Shown here piece after piece: positions 9,121 through 17,483 of a DNA stretch of 28,935 nucleotides. The DNA is from a virus (lineage: Duplodnaviria > Caudoviricetes). Position 1 is the first letter of the stretch. The number at the start of each line of letters is the position of its first letter. The position numbers were made by a program, and so were the translations under genes. The notes beneath the pieces are model-generated. The model was not told where the DNA came from. It did no database searches and saw only the letters and a list, made by a program, of their open reading frames with translations. The stretch spans positions 1 through 28,935 of the IMG/VR virus record IMGVR_UViG_3300020414_002214; one strand, written 5' to 3'.

Positions 9121-9693
9121 TCAGTATCCGGAACCGGACTCAGTCTTGTAGGGAACGCTCACGTCGTCAGTAGAAGGAGCAGCGCCTTCGATGAAGTAGC
9201 AGACCTCAACGATCACCATTGCGGTGTCGGCGGGATCAACGATGTTCAGCGTGTTGGCGGAAACGGTGATGGCAGCTTCGCTGGACTCAGCAGAAGTACC
9301 CACGCCACTCAGACCAGTGAAGTCGGAGACATCACCAGCGGCGGGGAATGCACCACCAGAAGCAACGGCAGAAGCGGCGGCTGTGGAGGTCGTCAGACCA
9401 GCAACAGAAGCGGCGTTAGTGCCGGAGGTGGACAGGTTCACAGTCTGAATCGCAGTGCGATAGACGGTGGCGCCTGCAGGGACGCTCAGAGCCTTGTTCA
9501 GACGAGGCTTGTCATCCTGACGCAGGTCGGGGGACTGAATCTCGGGATTCAGAGTAGTGGCACCAGACACGTCAGAATCGACGATGGCAACGCCACGAAC
9601 CTGATAAAACTCAATACCAGGGACAGCAAACACACCTTGACCGCGATAAGCGTTCAGGTTTGCTACATAGTTACCGGGGAAAATCACGGACAT
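9121..9693 (-). CDS. Probable capsid decoration / second abundant virion protein
   Basis: 190 aa directly after the major capsid gene. Strong SD (AGGAGGT, 8 nt upstream of ATG), same codon bias as the capsid gene, followed by a terminator. Confidence 0.65.
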   Translation of the reverse strand: MSVIFPGNYVANLNAYRGQGVFAVPGIEFYQVRGVAIVDSDVSGATTLNPEIQSPDLRQDDKPRLNKALSVPAGATVYRTAIQTVNLSTSGTNAASVAGLTTSTAAASAVASGGAFPAAGDVSDFTGLSGVGTSAESSEAAITVSANTLNIVDPADTAMVIVEVCYFIEGAAPSTDDVSVPYKTESGSGY

Positions 9694-9709
9694 TGTTAGT
9701 TACCTCCTA

Positions 9710-10858
9710 TCAGTAAACGAAAGAGTAACCAACCGTGATGAAGTCCTTATTCAGCACTTCAAAACCGGCGAACAAGCTCCAGATCATGATGATGAAACGG
9801 CTGAAGTCATCGTTGTTGTTCAGCAGAATCTGAGCGTTGTTACCACCAATACCCACGCCTACGGCTTGGGGACCGAAGAAGACCAGCTGGGAAGCGCCGT
9901 AATCAGCAGCACCAGCAGCCTTGTCGGAGATGACCAGGTTGTAGGAAGTCTCGGGCAGGTTGGTGGACTCGAACCAACGGACACCCTCGAAGAGGAAGCC
10001 AGTCGGCATCACGGGTTGACCAGCAACAAAGCCAGCTTGACCGTATGCAGGACCCATGCCTTGGTAGAAGTTGGCGTTGGGGGCTGCGTTGGGTTGCATC
10101 GGATTGATCATTCCGCTGCCGGGGTAACGGGCAATTTCACGGAAGTCAGAGTTCTGACGCAGGTGCATCATCGCGGTCGGATCCACGATGCAGCGGTAGT
10201 AGCCATCAGCGAAGGTCGGGACGTTGCGCTTACGCATGTCCTTAACGACTTCGAGAAGGTCAGTGGTGACGTCGAACTTGGCGGACTCGCCTTCGGCGTA
10301 GGTCACGCCCAGGGTGCCACCGGATTCGCCTTTGGATTTGCCACCGGGCAGGTAGTAACCACCTTGCTCTTTGCTGGCAGCGCCAGTAGCTTCGGCTTTC
10401 AGGAGTTCGTTAGCGAACACCCGGTCACGCCAACGGCGGTAGTCATCGAGCAGCGTCAGGCTACCGATGGACTGGTGGAAAACGTTCAGGTTGCCAGTGT
10501 CAAGCAGAAGACGCTGGGCAGTAATCAGGGTCTCACGAGCGACCTTGAAGGTGGAAGGCTGAGCAGAATCACGTGTGTCGGCGGGACCGGTGTATTCGCG
10601 CAGGGTCACGAGGACCTTGTCCTTCACGATGTTGCGGGCGGAAGCTGTACCAAGGGTTTGGTCGGCGGTCCGCTCACGGGACTCCTTGGTGCCAGGCTTG
10701 CCCCAGAAGCGATACCGGTCCAGTTGCACTGTTTGACCGGGTTGCTTGGAGAAATCGTGGACCACCACAGGCTCGACAGCCATCTCAATGATGTAGGCCG
10801 GGTGGGGACGATACAGTTCTGCACCAAGAAGCTTCGGAAAATCATTATCAATCCACAT
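9710..10858 (-). CDS. Major capsid protein (HK97 fold, N4-gp56-like)
   Basis: 382 aa. PGQTVQLDRY, Y..IVDP....LRQ, G..FEGVRWFESTN, FGPQAVG and DDFSRF...W...GF motifs. GGAG SD, strong codon bias, TGA-TAG double stop. Confidence 0.85.
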   Translation of the reverse strand: MWIDNDFPKLLGAELYRPHPAYIIEMAVEPVVVHDFSKQPGQTVQLDRYRFWGKPGTKESRERTADQTLGTASARNIVKDKVLVTLREYTGPADTRDSAQPSTFKVARETLITAQRLLLDTGNLNVFHQSIGSLTLLDDYRRWRDRVFANELLKAEATGAASKEQGGYYLPGGKSKGESGGTLGVTYAEGESAKFDVTTDLLEVVKDMRKRNVPTFADGYYRCIVDPTAMMHLRQNSDFREIARYPGSGMINPMQPNAAPNANFYQGMGPAYGQAGFVAGQPVMPTGFLFEGVRWFESTNLPETSYNLVISDKAAGAADYGASQLVFFGPQAVGVGIGGNNAQILLNNNDDFSRFIIMIWSLFAGFEVLNKDFITVGYSFVY

Positions 10859-10976
10859 GTGGATTAACTCCGTAAGCTAAAAGGTTTATAAGTGACTTCG
10901 ACTTAGCCACATATATAGATAGTAGTAATAATTGCTATACTTATTACTGAATACCCAAGAATACTTGGTAATAGAG

Positions 10977-11333
10977 ATGGACTTTATTGATAGCAGTGAG
11001 TGGGTACCCGTCCACACTCTTCCTGGTTATGAATGTTGTATTGAATACTATGTCAATAAGCAGGGGCAAGTTAAAAGCACTAAGGGGGCTATTGAGCGTA
11101 TTTTAAAAGCCAAGACGGCTAAGACTGGTTATCACGTTGTAAATCTAACTCAACGTATTGGTCGAAAGAAGCTTGTAACTGTACCTATTCATACCTTAGT
11201 TGCATTTGCCTTTCTTGGTACACCTCCTACTCCTTATGGCAGAAAGAAAGGATGCTGTGTTGTACACCATATTGATGGCAATAAACTCAACAATACAGCA
11301 AATAATTTGCGTTGGAAGAAACGGGCTGAGTAA
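10977..11333 (+). CDS. NUMOD4/HNH homing-endonuclease-like protein, C-terminally short
   Basis: EWVPV..LPGYE...YYVNKQGQVKS (NUMOD4) and HTLVAFAF...VVHHIDGNKLNNTANNLRW (HNH). ATG at 10977 is preferred over TTG at 10932. Confidence 0.85.
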   Translation: MDFIDSSEWVPVHTLPGYECCIEYYVNKQGQVKSTKGAIERILKAKTAKTGYHVVNLTQRIGRKKLVTVPIHTLVAFAFLGTPPTPYGRKKGCCVVHHIDGNKLNNTANNLRWKKRAE

Positions 11334-11371
11334 ACTTTGACTAAAATAGTAACAGGTATCAATCTAATCTA

Positions 11372-12121
11372 ATGGCCGATAAGCTTACGTACAAGGGCGG
11401 CTCTAAAGTTGTTGGCTCTTCGGGAACTATGAAGCTTGTGCTTCCGAAGGGTGGTGGCGACTTCCATCGTGTCCCTCGCTGGTGGGGAATCAAAGGAACA
11501 GTTGCCTATGTTGACGCAGCTATTTTTAAAGTCCCTCTTGATAATGGCGAAATGGTTCGCCTTGTGTTGCCAGGTGCGAAATCACATATGACTGTGGAGA
11601 TCCGTCACGATGGTTCCGGAACATTTACCTTCCCGAAAGAAGGCGGTCTTGAGCGTGCTGCTGTTGTTGGTGCTGATAGTCTTGACATTATTCATGAATA
11701 TCAGTTCGCTAAAATCTCCGGTGGCTCTGTTTTGAAGCGCACTATCGGTAACTTACCTGAACCTCCTGCACCTCCTGCCCCTCCTACATTCTCTGAACGT
11801 GTTGCAGCTGCAAACTTCAACTATGTTGTTGATGTCAACAATATTGGTACAGCTGAACTTCCTCAGAATGTCTATACCCTCAATGGGATTGATGGTCCCG
11901 GCATTGCATTTGCAGTAGGAGACACTGTCGCATTTGATTTTACAGCTGTAGCCCCTTCCCATCCCTTCCGTCTTTACACTGATTCCACTAAAGCAACTCC
12001 TTACAACAACGGCGTTGAAATTGAAAATGGTGTGATGCTTTGGACGGTTGGTGAGGCAGGTACTTTTAGCTATCAGTGCTCTATTCACGCCAATATGGGT
12101 GGAACCATTACTGTCAGCTAA
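11372..12121 (+). CDS. Two-domain protein with a C-terminal cupredoxin/plastocyanin-like domain
   Basis: A Pro linker (PEPPAPPAPP) precedes VGDTVAF...HPF...GTFSYQCSIHANMGGTITV, which contains the H, C, H, M type-1 copper ligands. Confidence 0.75.
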   Translation: MADKLTYKGGSKVVGSSGTMKLVLPKGGGDFHRVPRWWGIKGTVAYVDAAIFKVPLDNGEMVRLVLPGAKSHMTVEIRHDGSGTFTFPKEGGLERAAVVGADSLDIIHEYQFAKISGGSVLKRTIGNLPEPPAPPAPPTFSERVAAANFNYVVDVNNIGTAELPQNVYTLNGIDGPGIAFAVGDTVAFDFTAVAPSHPFRLYTDSTKATPYNNGVEIENGVMLWTVGEAGTFSYQCSIHANMGGTITVS

Positions 12122-12800
12122 CAAGGTACTGACGTTGCTCTGACGTCAAATCATAACTTGAAATAATTTCTGAACCGACTGTCATACGCACGTTGTATGG
12201 CAGTCTTTTTGTATTACGGGCGTGAAAGCCTATATAGAAATAATCATTGACACCAACATACATCGTGTCGTATGCATACTCTTGACGATCCTTTGTATAT
12301 AACCGGACGTCAAACCAGGAATCAATGTAGCGGTTTCCTGTTTTTAAGTTTTCCAGATCTACGCGCACAACTCCATTAGGTACAAACTTAAACTGTGTAC
12401 TTACGTCTGCTGCTTCGTACTCATTCTCAATAAAAAGGTCTTGTTGAAAATCAAACAGTACAGCCTCCCAGAATGGGGCTCCTGGGTCAGAAATATTCAA
12501 CGTGTTAGCTTCAAAGTAATCACCGTTGAGAATTTCAGAACTGTCAAATACCTTTGTAGTATTTTGAATATCCAGATCTACCTTTAGGAATATATTTTCA
12601 GTGCCAAACAGACCTACCGAGTCCTTGTAATTGGATACATATGGAATAGCTGTCACCCGCTCACTCCGAGCGTTAATCATACTGTTTGAGCCAACAGCAA
12701 AATTTAAGTTTTTACTGGCGGCAAGATAAGCAGGAGTACTACTTCCTGTACCGCCGTAGATTTGTCTATTTTTATTTTGCTCTTGTGTAACGCTAACCAT
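12114..12800 (-). CDS. Hypothetical protein
   Basis: 228 aa ORF with GAGG SD-like sequence and a TACAAT box upstream. Confidence 0.7.
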   Translation of the reverse strand: MVSVTQEQNKNRQIYGGTGSSTPAYLAASKNLNFAVGSNSMINARSERVTAIPYVSNYKDSVGLFGTENIFLKVDLDIQNTTKVFDSSEILNGDYFEANTLNISDPGAPFWEAVLFDFQQDLFIENEYEAADVSTQFKFVPNGVVRVDLENLKTGNRYIDSWFDVRLYTKDRQEYAYDTMYVGVNDYFYIGFHARNTKRLPYNVRMTVGSEIISSYDLTSEQRQYLVS

Positions 12801-12832
12801 TACTTCATAGGCGATCCTCTCTTTATTGTAAT

Positions 12833-13771
12833 TTACAAGTAATAACCTATTTCTGCTTTTGCTTCACGCAGATTCCTAATACCTTTTTGCTCTAACGTCC
12901 GTACTCGATCACGAGACATATTCAATACTTGCCCAATCGCTGTCATTGACATAGGTTCAAGAATCTCTTCGCCAATTCCATAACGCATTGATATTACAGC
13001 TGCCTGCATTTCAGGCAGATCGGTGATTAGCTTGCGGATGTCTTCTTTGATGAATTGACGTTCCAATAGGGTGTCTGGAAGCTGTGTTTCGTCTTCTAGT
13101 AGATCTATAAGAGCCGTATCGCGGTTTTCTCCAATCTTGATTTCAAGTGACGTTGGCTGCCGTGCTTTGCACATTAAGTCTTTGATCTCTTCTACAGGCA
13201 ATCCCAGATAGTCAGACAACTGGAATACACTTGGTATTTCACCGTTGAGTTGACTTAGTTCACGCTGGGCTTTCTTAATTTTGTTGAGATTCTCTGTAAC
13301 ATGAATTGGTAAGCGTATTGCCCTCGATTTCTCCGCAATGGCCCTCGTGATACCTTGCCGAATCCACCAATAAGCATAAGTACTAAACTTATAGCCACGC
13401 CCAGGATCAAACTTCTCCACGCCACGGACAAGGCCGATAGTCCCCTCTTGGATGATGTCCAAGAGTTCCATATTCCGCTTTGTGTATTTCTTGGCGACAC
13501 TGACAACAAGGCGGAGATTAGCGGTAACCATCTTGTCTTTAGCTTTTTCACCGTCTCGTAGCAGTTTGCGAAGTTCTTTTGGTGTGAGTTCCAAAGATGC
13601 TGCTAACTCTTCTTTTGTTGGATTGCCAAGTAGCTCTTCACAGGCTTTGATTTCCATCAACCGTTGGACTTGTCTTCCGAGCAGGATTTCTTCATCATGC
13701 TCCAAAAGAGGAATCCGTCCGATATCACGTAAGTAAGATCGAACGGAATCACCTGACAGTTTCACACTCAT
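12833..13771 (-). CDS. RNA polymerase sigma-70 factor, cyanobacterial RpoD-like (group 2-like)
   Basis: Region 1.2 DSVRSYLRDIGRIPLL; region 2 NLRLVVSVAKKY...QEG.IGL.R.VEKFDP.RGYKFSTYAYWWIRQGITRAIA; region 4 HTH. No region 1.1. Confidence 0.95.
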   Translation of the reverse strand: MSVKLSGDSVRSYLRDIGRIPLLEHDEEILLGRQVQRLMEIKACEELLGNPTKEELAASLELTPKELRKLLRDGEKAKDKMVTANLRLVVSVAKKYTKRNMELLDIIQEGTIGLVRGVEKFDPGRGYKFSTYAYWWIRQGITRAIAEKSRAIRLPIHVTENLNKIKKAQRELSQLNGEIPSVFQLSDYLGLPVEEIKDLMCKARQPTSLEIKIGENRDTALIDLLEDETQLPDTLLERQFIKEDIRKLITDLPEMQAAVISMRYGIGEEILEPMSMTAIGQVLNMSRDRVRTLEQKGIRNLREAKAEIGYYL

Positions 13772-13807
13772 ATAGCTCTCTTTGGGTATATATTAAATAT
13801 AACCTTT

Positions 13808-13813
13808 ATTCTA
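13808..13813 (-). promoter_or_regulatory. -10 box (TAGAATAAAG) upstream of the sigma factor gene
   Basis: Matches the motif that recurs across the window; 36 nt upstream of the ATG. Confidence 0.55.
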
Positions 13814-13837
13814 CTAATTTGCAACCCTAAATGTGAA

Positions 13838-14128
13838 TTAGCTGCCGTATATTCCTGCGAATCGCGTACTCTCTTTAGGCTCTTCTCCACCTTCTAACGA
13901 CTCTACTGCCATAGCCTGTGCGGCATGTTCGTTATATCCCCGCTCCCTGAAATTGTCGTAGTAACGCTCATACTTTTCGATAGAGGAATCGATGTCCTCT
14001 CCATGTGTGAGCATTTCGGCTGTTAGTTGGTTTGCAGCCTGATCGGGCATACCATCTGACTTGAGGTGCTTCCAGATAGTTTGGAAAACTTCTGGGTCTC
14101 CCTTAGGTTGTTCACCAGCAAGACGCAT
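13838..14128 (-). CDS. Small acidic protein with two internal helical repeats
   Basis: HLKSDGMPDQAANQLTAE and NFRERGYNEHAAQAMAVE. Begins MRLAG and ends RFAGIYGS. Confidence 0.7.
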   Translation of the reverse strand: MRLAGEQPKGDPEVFQTIWKHLKSDGMPDQAANQLTAEMLTHGEDIDSSIEKYERYYDNFRERGYNEHAAQAMAVESLEGGEEPKESTRFAGIYGS

Positions 14129-14166
14129 GGTATTTAATCACTACGACTATTTATTATTGTAGTAAA

Positions 14167-14643
14167 TTAAGCGTAACGTTGCTCGGAAATTTGATTCTGA
14201 ACAAGATCAGGATTCACGCCCATAGCCATAGCTTTTCCAGTAGCAATATCACTACGGAATTGTTCCATCTGCGGAGGTGACATATTGCCCATAGCCAGAG
14301 TGGCAGGTGCATTCATCACGCTCAGAATTTCAGACTTACGCCCTTCAAGCATTTGGTTTGCTTTGTACTCTGCATTGTCTTCGACAAGGTTCATTTTGCG
14401 AGACTGCTGTACAGCATTGGCTTGTGCTTGAGGAGCAGCAGCACTGGTGTTTTGCAGAACATTTTGCTGCATCATCCGTGCATTGTTAAAAGGCTGTGTG
14501 TTTTCACCAACCTTGGAGGCGGGACCTCCGTCAAACATATTGGGTCCTTTGGGTGCGGCAGTTCTTTCCATACCACCGAGACCACGCATCGCGGAAGATG
14601 CACCCAGGGATTCTTCAGCAACAGTAAAAGGAGATACGCGCAT
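14167..14643 (-). CDS. Hypothetical M/Q/N-rich protein
   Basis: 158 aa ORF with a TACAAT box upstream. Confidence 0.7.
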   Translation of the reverse strand: MRVSPFTVAEESLGASSAMRGLGGMERTAAPKGPNMFDGGPASKVGENTQPFNNARMMQQNVLQNTSAAAPQAQANAVQQSRKMNLVEDNAEYKANQMLEGRKSEILSVMNAPATLAMGNMSPPQMEQFRSDIATGKAMAMGVNPDLVQNQISEQRYA

Positions 14644-14674
14644 TTCTAATCACTAATCAATACTTATATTGTAA

Positions 14675-14694
14675 GGGGTCCAATTAAGGACCCC
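14675..14694 (-). terminator. Hairpin after the scaffold gene (weak terminator or mRNA-stabilising stem)
   Basis: Perfect 7-bp stem GGGGTCC-TTAATT-GGACCCC, with only a poor U-tract. Confidence 0.6.
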
Positions 14695-14702
14695 ACTGTT
14701 TA

Positions 14703-15692
14703 TCAGACGTCTTGAACGAGCATCTTGGCGGACAGAGCGCCTTGAGGGGCTTGGGACAGATACTGCCAAGCTTGCTCAGGGCTTTGATCCATCAGCTGGC
14801 TGAAGCCACCCCAGAAGTCGTTGGCGACGTTCACCTGGCGACCGGGTGTAGGCATTTCCATTTCGGGACGCTGGAAGGATTCAGGCACACGACCTTGCTC
14901 TTGAGCGATGATTTCCTGCTCAAACTGAGCACGGGCTTCTTCTTGCTGGCGAGCAGCAGTCTCATCAGGAGTTTCAGTCGGGTAGGGGCCTTCAGGACCG
15001 AAGAAGTCGTTGACATAGTCAGCGAGCACATCGGGGTTGGTGAGCATCAGGTTCATTGCAGAACGCTCTTCACCAGCGGCTTCGAGCATCAGGCTCATGG
15101 ACTGACCACGCTGAACTTGCTCGATGAGGGCATCCTCAACGGCACAGGCATAGGTGTTCAGAAGCTGGGGAGCCTCGGCACCAAAGTGCTCAAGAACCTC
15201 AAGGGACTCATCGGAGATCTGGCTGAGGTAACCGTCACTTACGGCGGGTGCGCTTTGCTGAAGGCTTGCGGCTTGCTGTTGCAGCAGGTTGGTTACTTCC
15301 GATTCCGAGTAGGTTTGGGTTGAAGCTTGGGGACTGGAGGTCACCGGAGCCGAATACGGGGCTTGCTGCTGGGTTTGGGGCACTGAAGCCCATTGCGCCT
15401 GGGTATTGGCTTGAGGTGTCGGCGTCTGATACGCCGAGTACGGAACCTGGGCCTGGGAGGGGCTGCTTGTATTCAAGCTTGCGCTCAGCGCCTGAAACGC
15501 CTCCTGCCATGGGTTGCCCGCCGGAGCCGAAGCCTGCGGGGCCGACGCCACCGGAGCCTGGGCCATCGGTGATGCCTGGTAGCTGGGTTGTTGGCTCATC
15601 CCTGACGGGGCGGCCGATTGCGGAGCGACGCTTGTCGGCATCGCTGAGCTCTGCGATGTCTGTGTCGCTACTGCTTGGCTTGTACTTTCCAC
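14703..15692 (-). CDS. Probable capsid scaffolding protein
   Basis: 329 aa, acidic, Q/A/P/S-rich, follows the portal gene. GTG start preceded by TAAGGAG at 10 nt spacing. Codon bias like the capsid gene. Confidence 0.7.
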   Translation of the reverse strand: MESTSQAVATQTSQSSAMPTSVAPQSAAPSGMSQQPSYQASPMAQAPVASAPQASAPAGNPWQEAFQALSASLNTSSPSQAQVPYSAYQTPTPQANTQAQWASVPQTQQQAPYSAPVTSSPQASTQTYSESEVTNLLQQQAASLQQSAPAVSDGYLSQISDESLEVLEHFGAEAPQLLNTYACAVEDALIEQVQRGQSMSLMLEAAGEERSAMNLMLTNPDVLADYVNDFFGPEGPYPTETPDETAARQQEEARAQFEQEIIAQEQGRVPESFQRPEMEMPTPGRQVNVANDFWGGFSQLMDQSPEQAWQYLSQAPQGALSAKMLVQDV

Positions 15693-17451
15693 TGTAACTT
15701 AACTCCTTACGTAAATAATCAAGAGATCTATATAGGAAACCTGTTAGATCAAGGTTGGGGTCTGACGCCAATGGGAGGTCAGGCGTCTGTGGGTGCGGCA
15801 GCTGATAAAGGTTGCCAAGCATTCCCACGAATGAATTGATTGCTTGTTGTGTTTGTTGGACTACCCGGAATGGGAAGCCGGACATCATTGCTGCTCTCTC
15901 TTCGTCAGTTTTATTAGGGAAGAGATATTTGAGAGCTTCGATGGAACCGACACCTGCTTCTTGGAGGTTGCGGACAACGATGCTGTTTTGCAGTATCTCG
16001 TCAGCACTATCTTCAAAGACTTCACCCATCCAACGCCAGGCAACTTTTGTGCTGCCATCGGGGATAAGACCGGTTACACCGTTTGGCATTTCGCCTGACT
16101 CAAGTGTAACACCTAGTAAATCGGTCTTTTTCTTTTCGTATGTTGCCATCTGCTTGAGGAACTTTTCATTAGCCGCCTCATACTCTTTTGGATCTTGGAA
16201 GTCTTCCATCAATGGGATTTCAGGCTTCTTAAGTCCCATAGCAACACCAAAGCTTTCGTCGAACATACGTTCTTCGTGCTTAATCATTAGACTAAACAGT
16301 TTGCACAAGCCGTATGTGAATAGGGCACGTGCCTTTTTCTCAGCTGTAGACGCAACACGTCCATACAGTGTTTTGATTTCATATGCCGTAGATGCAGTCT
16401 GAATGTCCAGGTCATCCACACCGCCAAGCGCCAGACGAATTTCTTGCCTGTACTGCTTGATGTACATATTCTGGTCACCACTCACACTGTCTGGTGTCAG
16501 GTAACTAATACGGTCTGTTGGCTCAAGATTGGCAATAACACGAGGTACCTTAATTTGCCCGTCTAAGGCGGAAGTACCCCCAAAGGGTTCACTAACCCTC
16601 GTGCTGTTGCGTCCCATCGCTGCAAAGCCCGCCTGGGAGCTAATGGTGGGGCGGAAGCTGCTCTCATCACCAGCCTCAATGATGTCGTGCTTAGGACGGC
16701 TGGAAATAAGCGTGGGATTGCCGTAGAACTTCAGGTTTTTACGTACGTTTTTGACCAGCTCGTCGTGGTACATGATCTGGTTGGATAGCCATTCAAACTC
16801 TCCGTTACCAGTCGCCTCACCTGTGCAATCCATATAGTTGAAAATTTCAACTGCAGGAATAAAGCCAAGGCTGTTGGTTAAGACTTCTGTCTGACCCATT
16901 TGAGTCATAGCAGGGCCACCCATTGCATTCTCGAACTCAATCTTCTCGTCTGAGATTGTCTGTTCGATACGATCTTTGAAAACCTTCAGTCGGATATATT
17001 TCTTCTTACCACCGCGCTTTCCAGGATCATTCATGGGGAAGGCTTCCATTGCCTTCTCTTCTTGTACGTTAAAGCTATAGGTCAGTACAACACTGTTTAG
17101 ATCACCAGCTTGGTCACGGTAGGCACGGTAGTTTTCTTTTGGAAAATACAGTAGTTGATAGTTGTCACCACTAGGACGGAAGTAGAACAAACCTTGTCCG
17201 TCACACAGGAAATAATCGACGATACTGTCGAGCTTCATGTCGAGCATATTGTGCTCGCATACCTTGCGCAGAAACTCCTTACGGTATCCGTAGCTATCTT
17301 GCTCAGCAAAGAATTCAATACCACGGCGCAAGATGAACATCCGCATCTGAGCTAGATGCGAACTAACGATCATCGTATCAACAGTTAAATCCCCACGACG
17401 CTCTTTAGCAGCCGTGAGGATCTGTTGAAAGCCACTATCTACTGAATTCAT
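15235..17451 (-). CDS. Portal protein with a long disordered C-terminal tail
   Basis: 738 aa between terminase and scaffold. Portal-like features: D.L.DGQG.FY, LGFIPAVE.FN......G.GEF, and A.E+K.LY......EKK. Confidence 0.75.
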   Translation of the reverse strand: MNSVDSGFQQILTAAKERRGDLTVDTMIVSSHLAQMRMFILRRGIEFFAEQDSYGYRKEFLRKVCEHNMLDMKLDSIVDYFLCDGQGLFYFRPSGDNYQLLYFPKENYRAYRDQAGDLNSVVLTYSFNVQEEKAMEAFPMNDPGKRGGKKKYIRLKVFKDRIEQTISDEKIEFENAMGGPAMTQMGQTEVLTNSLGFIPAVEIFNYMDCTGEATGNGEFEWLSNQIMYHDELVKNVRKNLKFYGNPTLISSRPKHDIIEAGDESSFRPTISSQAGFAAMGRNSTRVSEPFGGTSALDGQIKVPRVIANLEPTDRISYLTPDSVSGDQNMYIKQYRQEIRLALGGVDDLDIQTASTAYEIKTLYGRVASTAEKKARALFTYGLCKLFSLMIKHEERMFDESFGVAMGLKKPEIPLMEDFQDPKEYEAANEKFLKQMATYEKKKTDLLGVTLESGEMPNGVTGLIPDGSTKVAWRWMGEVFEDSADEILQNSIVVRNLQEAGVGSIEALKYLFPNKTDEERAAMMSGFPFRVVQQTQQAINSFVGMLGNLYQLPHPQTPDLPLASDPNLDLTGFLYRSLDYLRKELSYSGKYKPSSSDTDIAELSDADKRRSAIGRPVRDEPTTQLPGITDGPGSGGVGPAGFGSGGQPMAGGVSGAERKLEYKQPLPGPGSVLGVSDADTSSQYPGAMGFSAPNPAASPVFGSGDLQSPSFNPNLLGIGSNQPAATASRKPSAKRTRRK
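15703..15709 (-). promoter_or_regulatory. Shine-Dalgarno for the scaffold gene, embedded in the portal CDS
   Basis: TAAGGAG-ttaagttaca-GTG, similar to the capsid RBS tacGGAG-ttaatccac-ATG. Confidence 0.7.
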
Positions 17452-17483
17452 CTCGTTATCTCTTTTCTTCTAGTCTATAAGAC

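Noticed and set aside
9694-9712. Capsid read-through or frameshift extension into the next gene
   Set aside because: There is a double stop (TGA TAG) and an independent strong SD for the next gene, and I saw no slippery site.
9094-10867. Long plus-strand ORFs (9094..9699, 9866..10867)
   Set aside because: Antisense shadows of the strongly codon-biased capsid and decoration genes, with no RBS or recognisable motifs.
11780-12121. Stand-alone plastocyanin (petE)
   Set aside because: The domain is fused behind another domain and lacks a lumen-targeting peptide.
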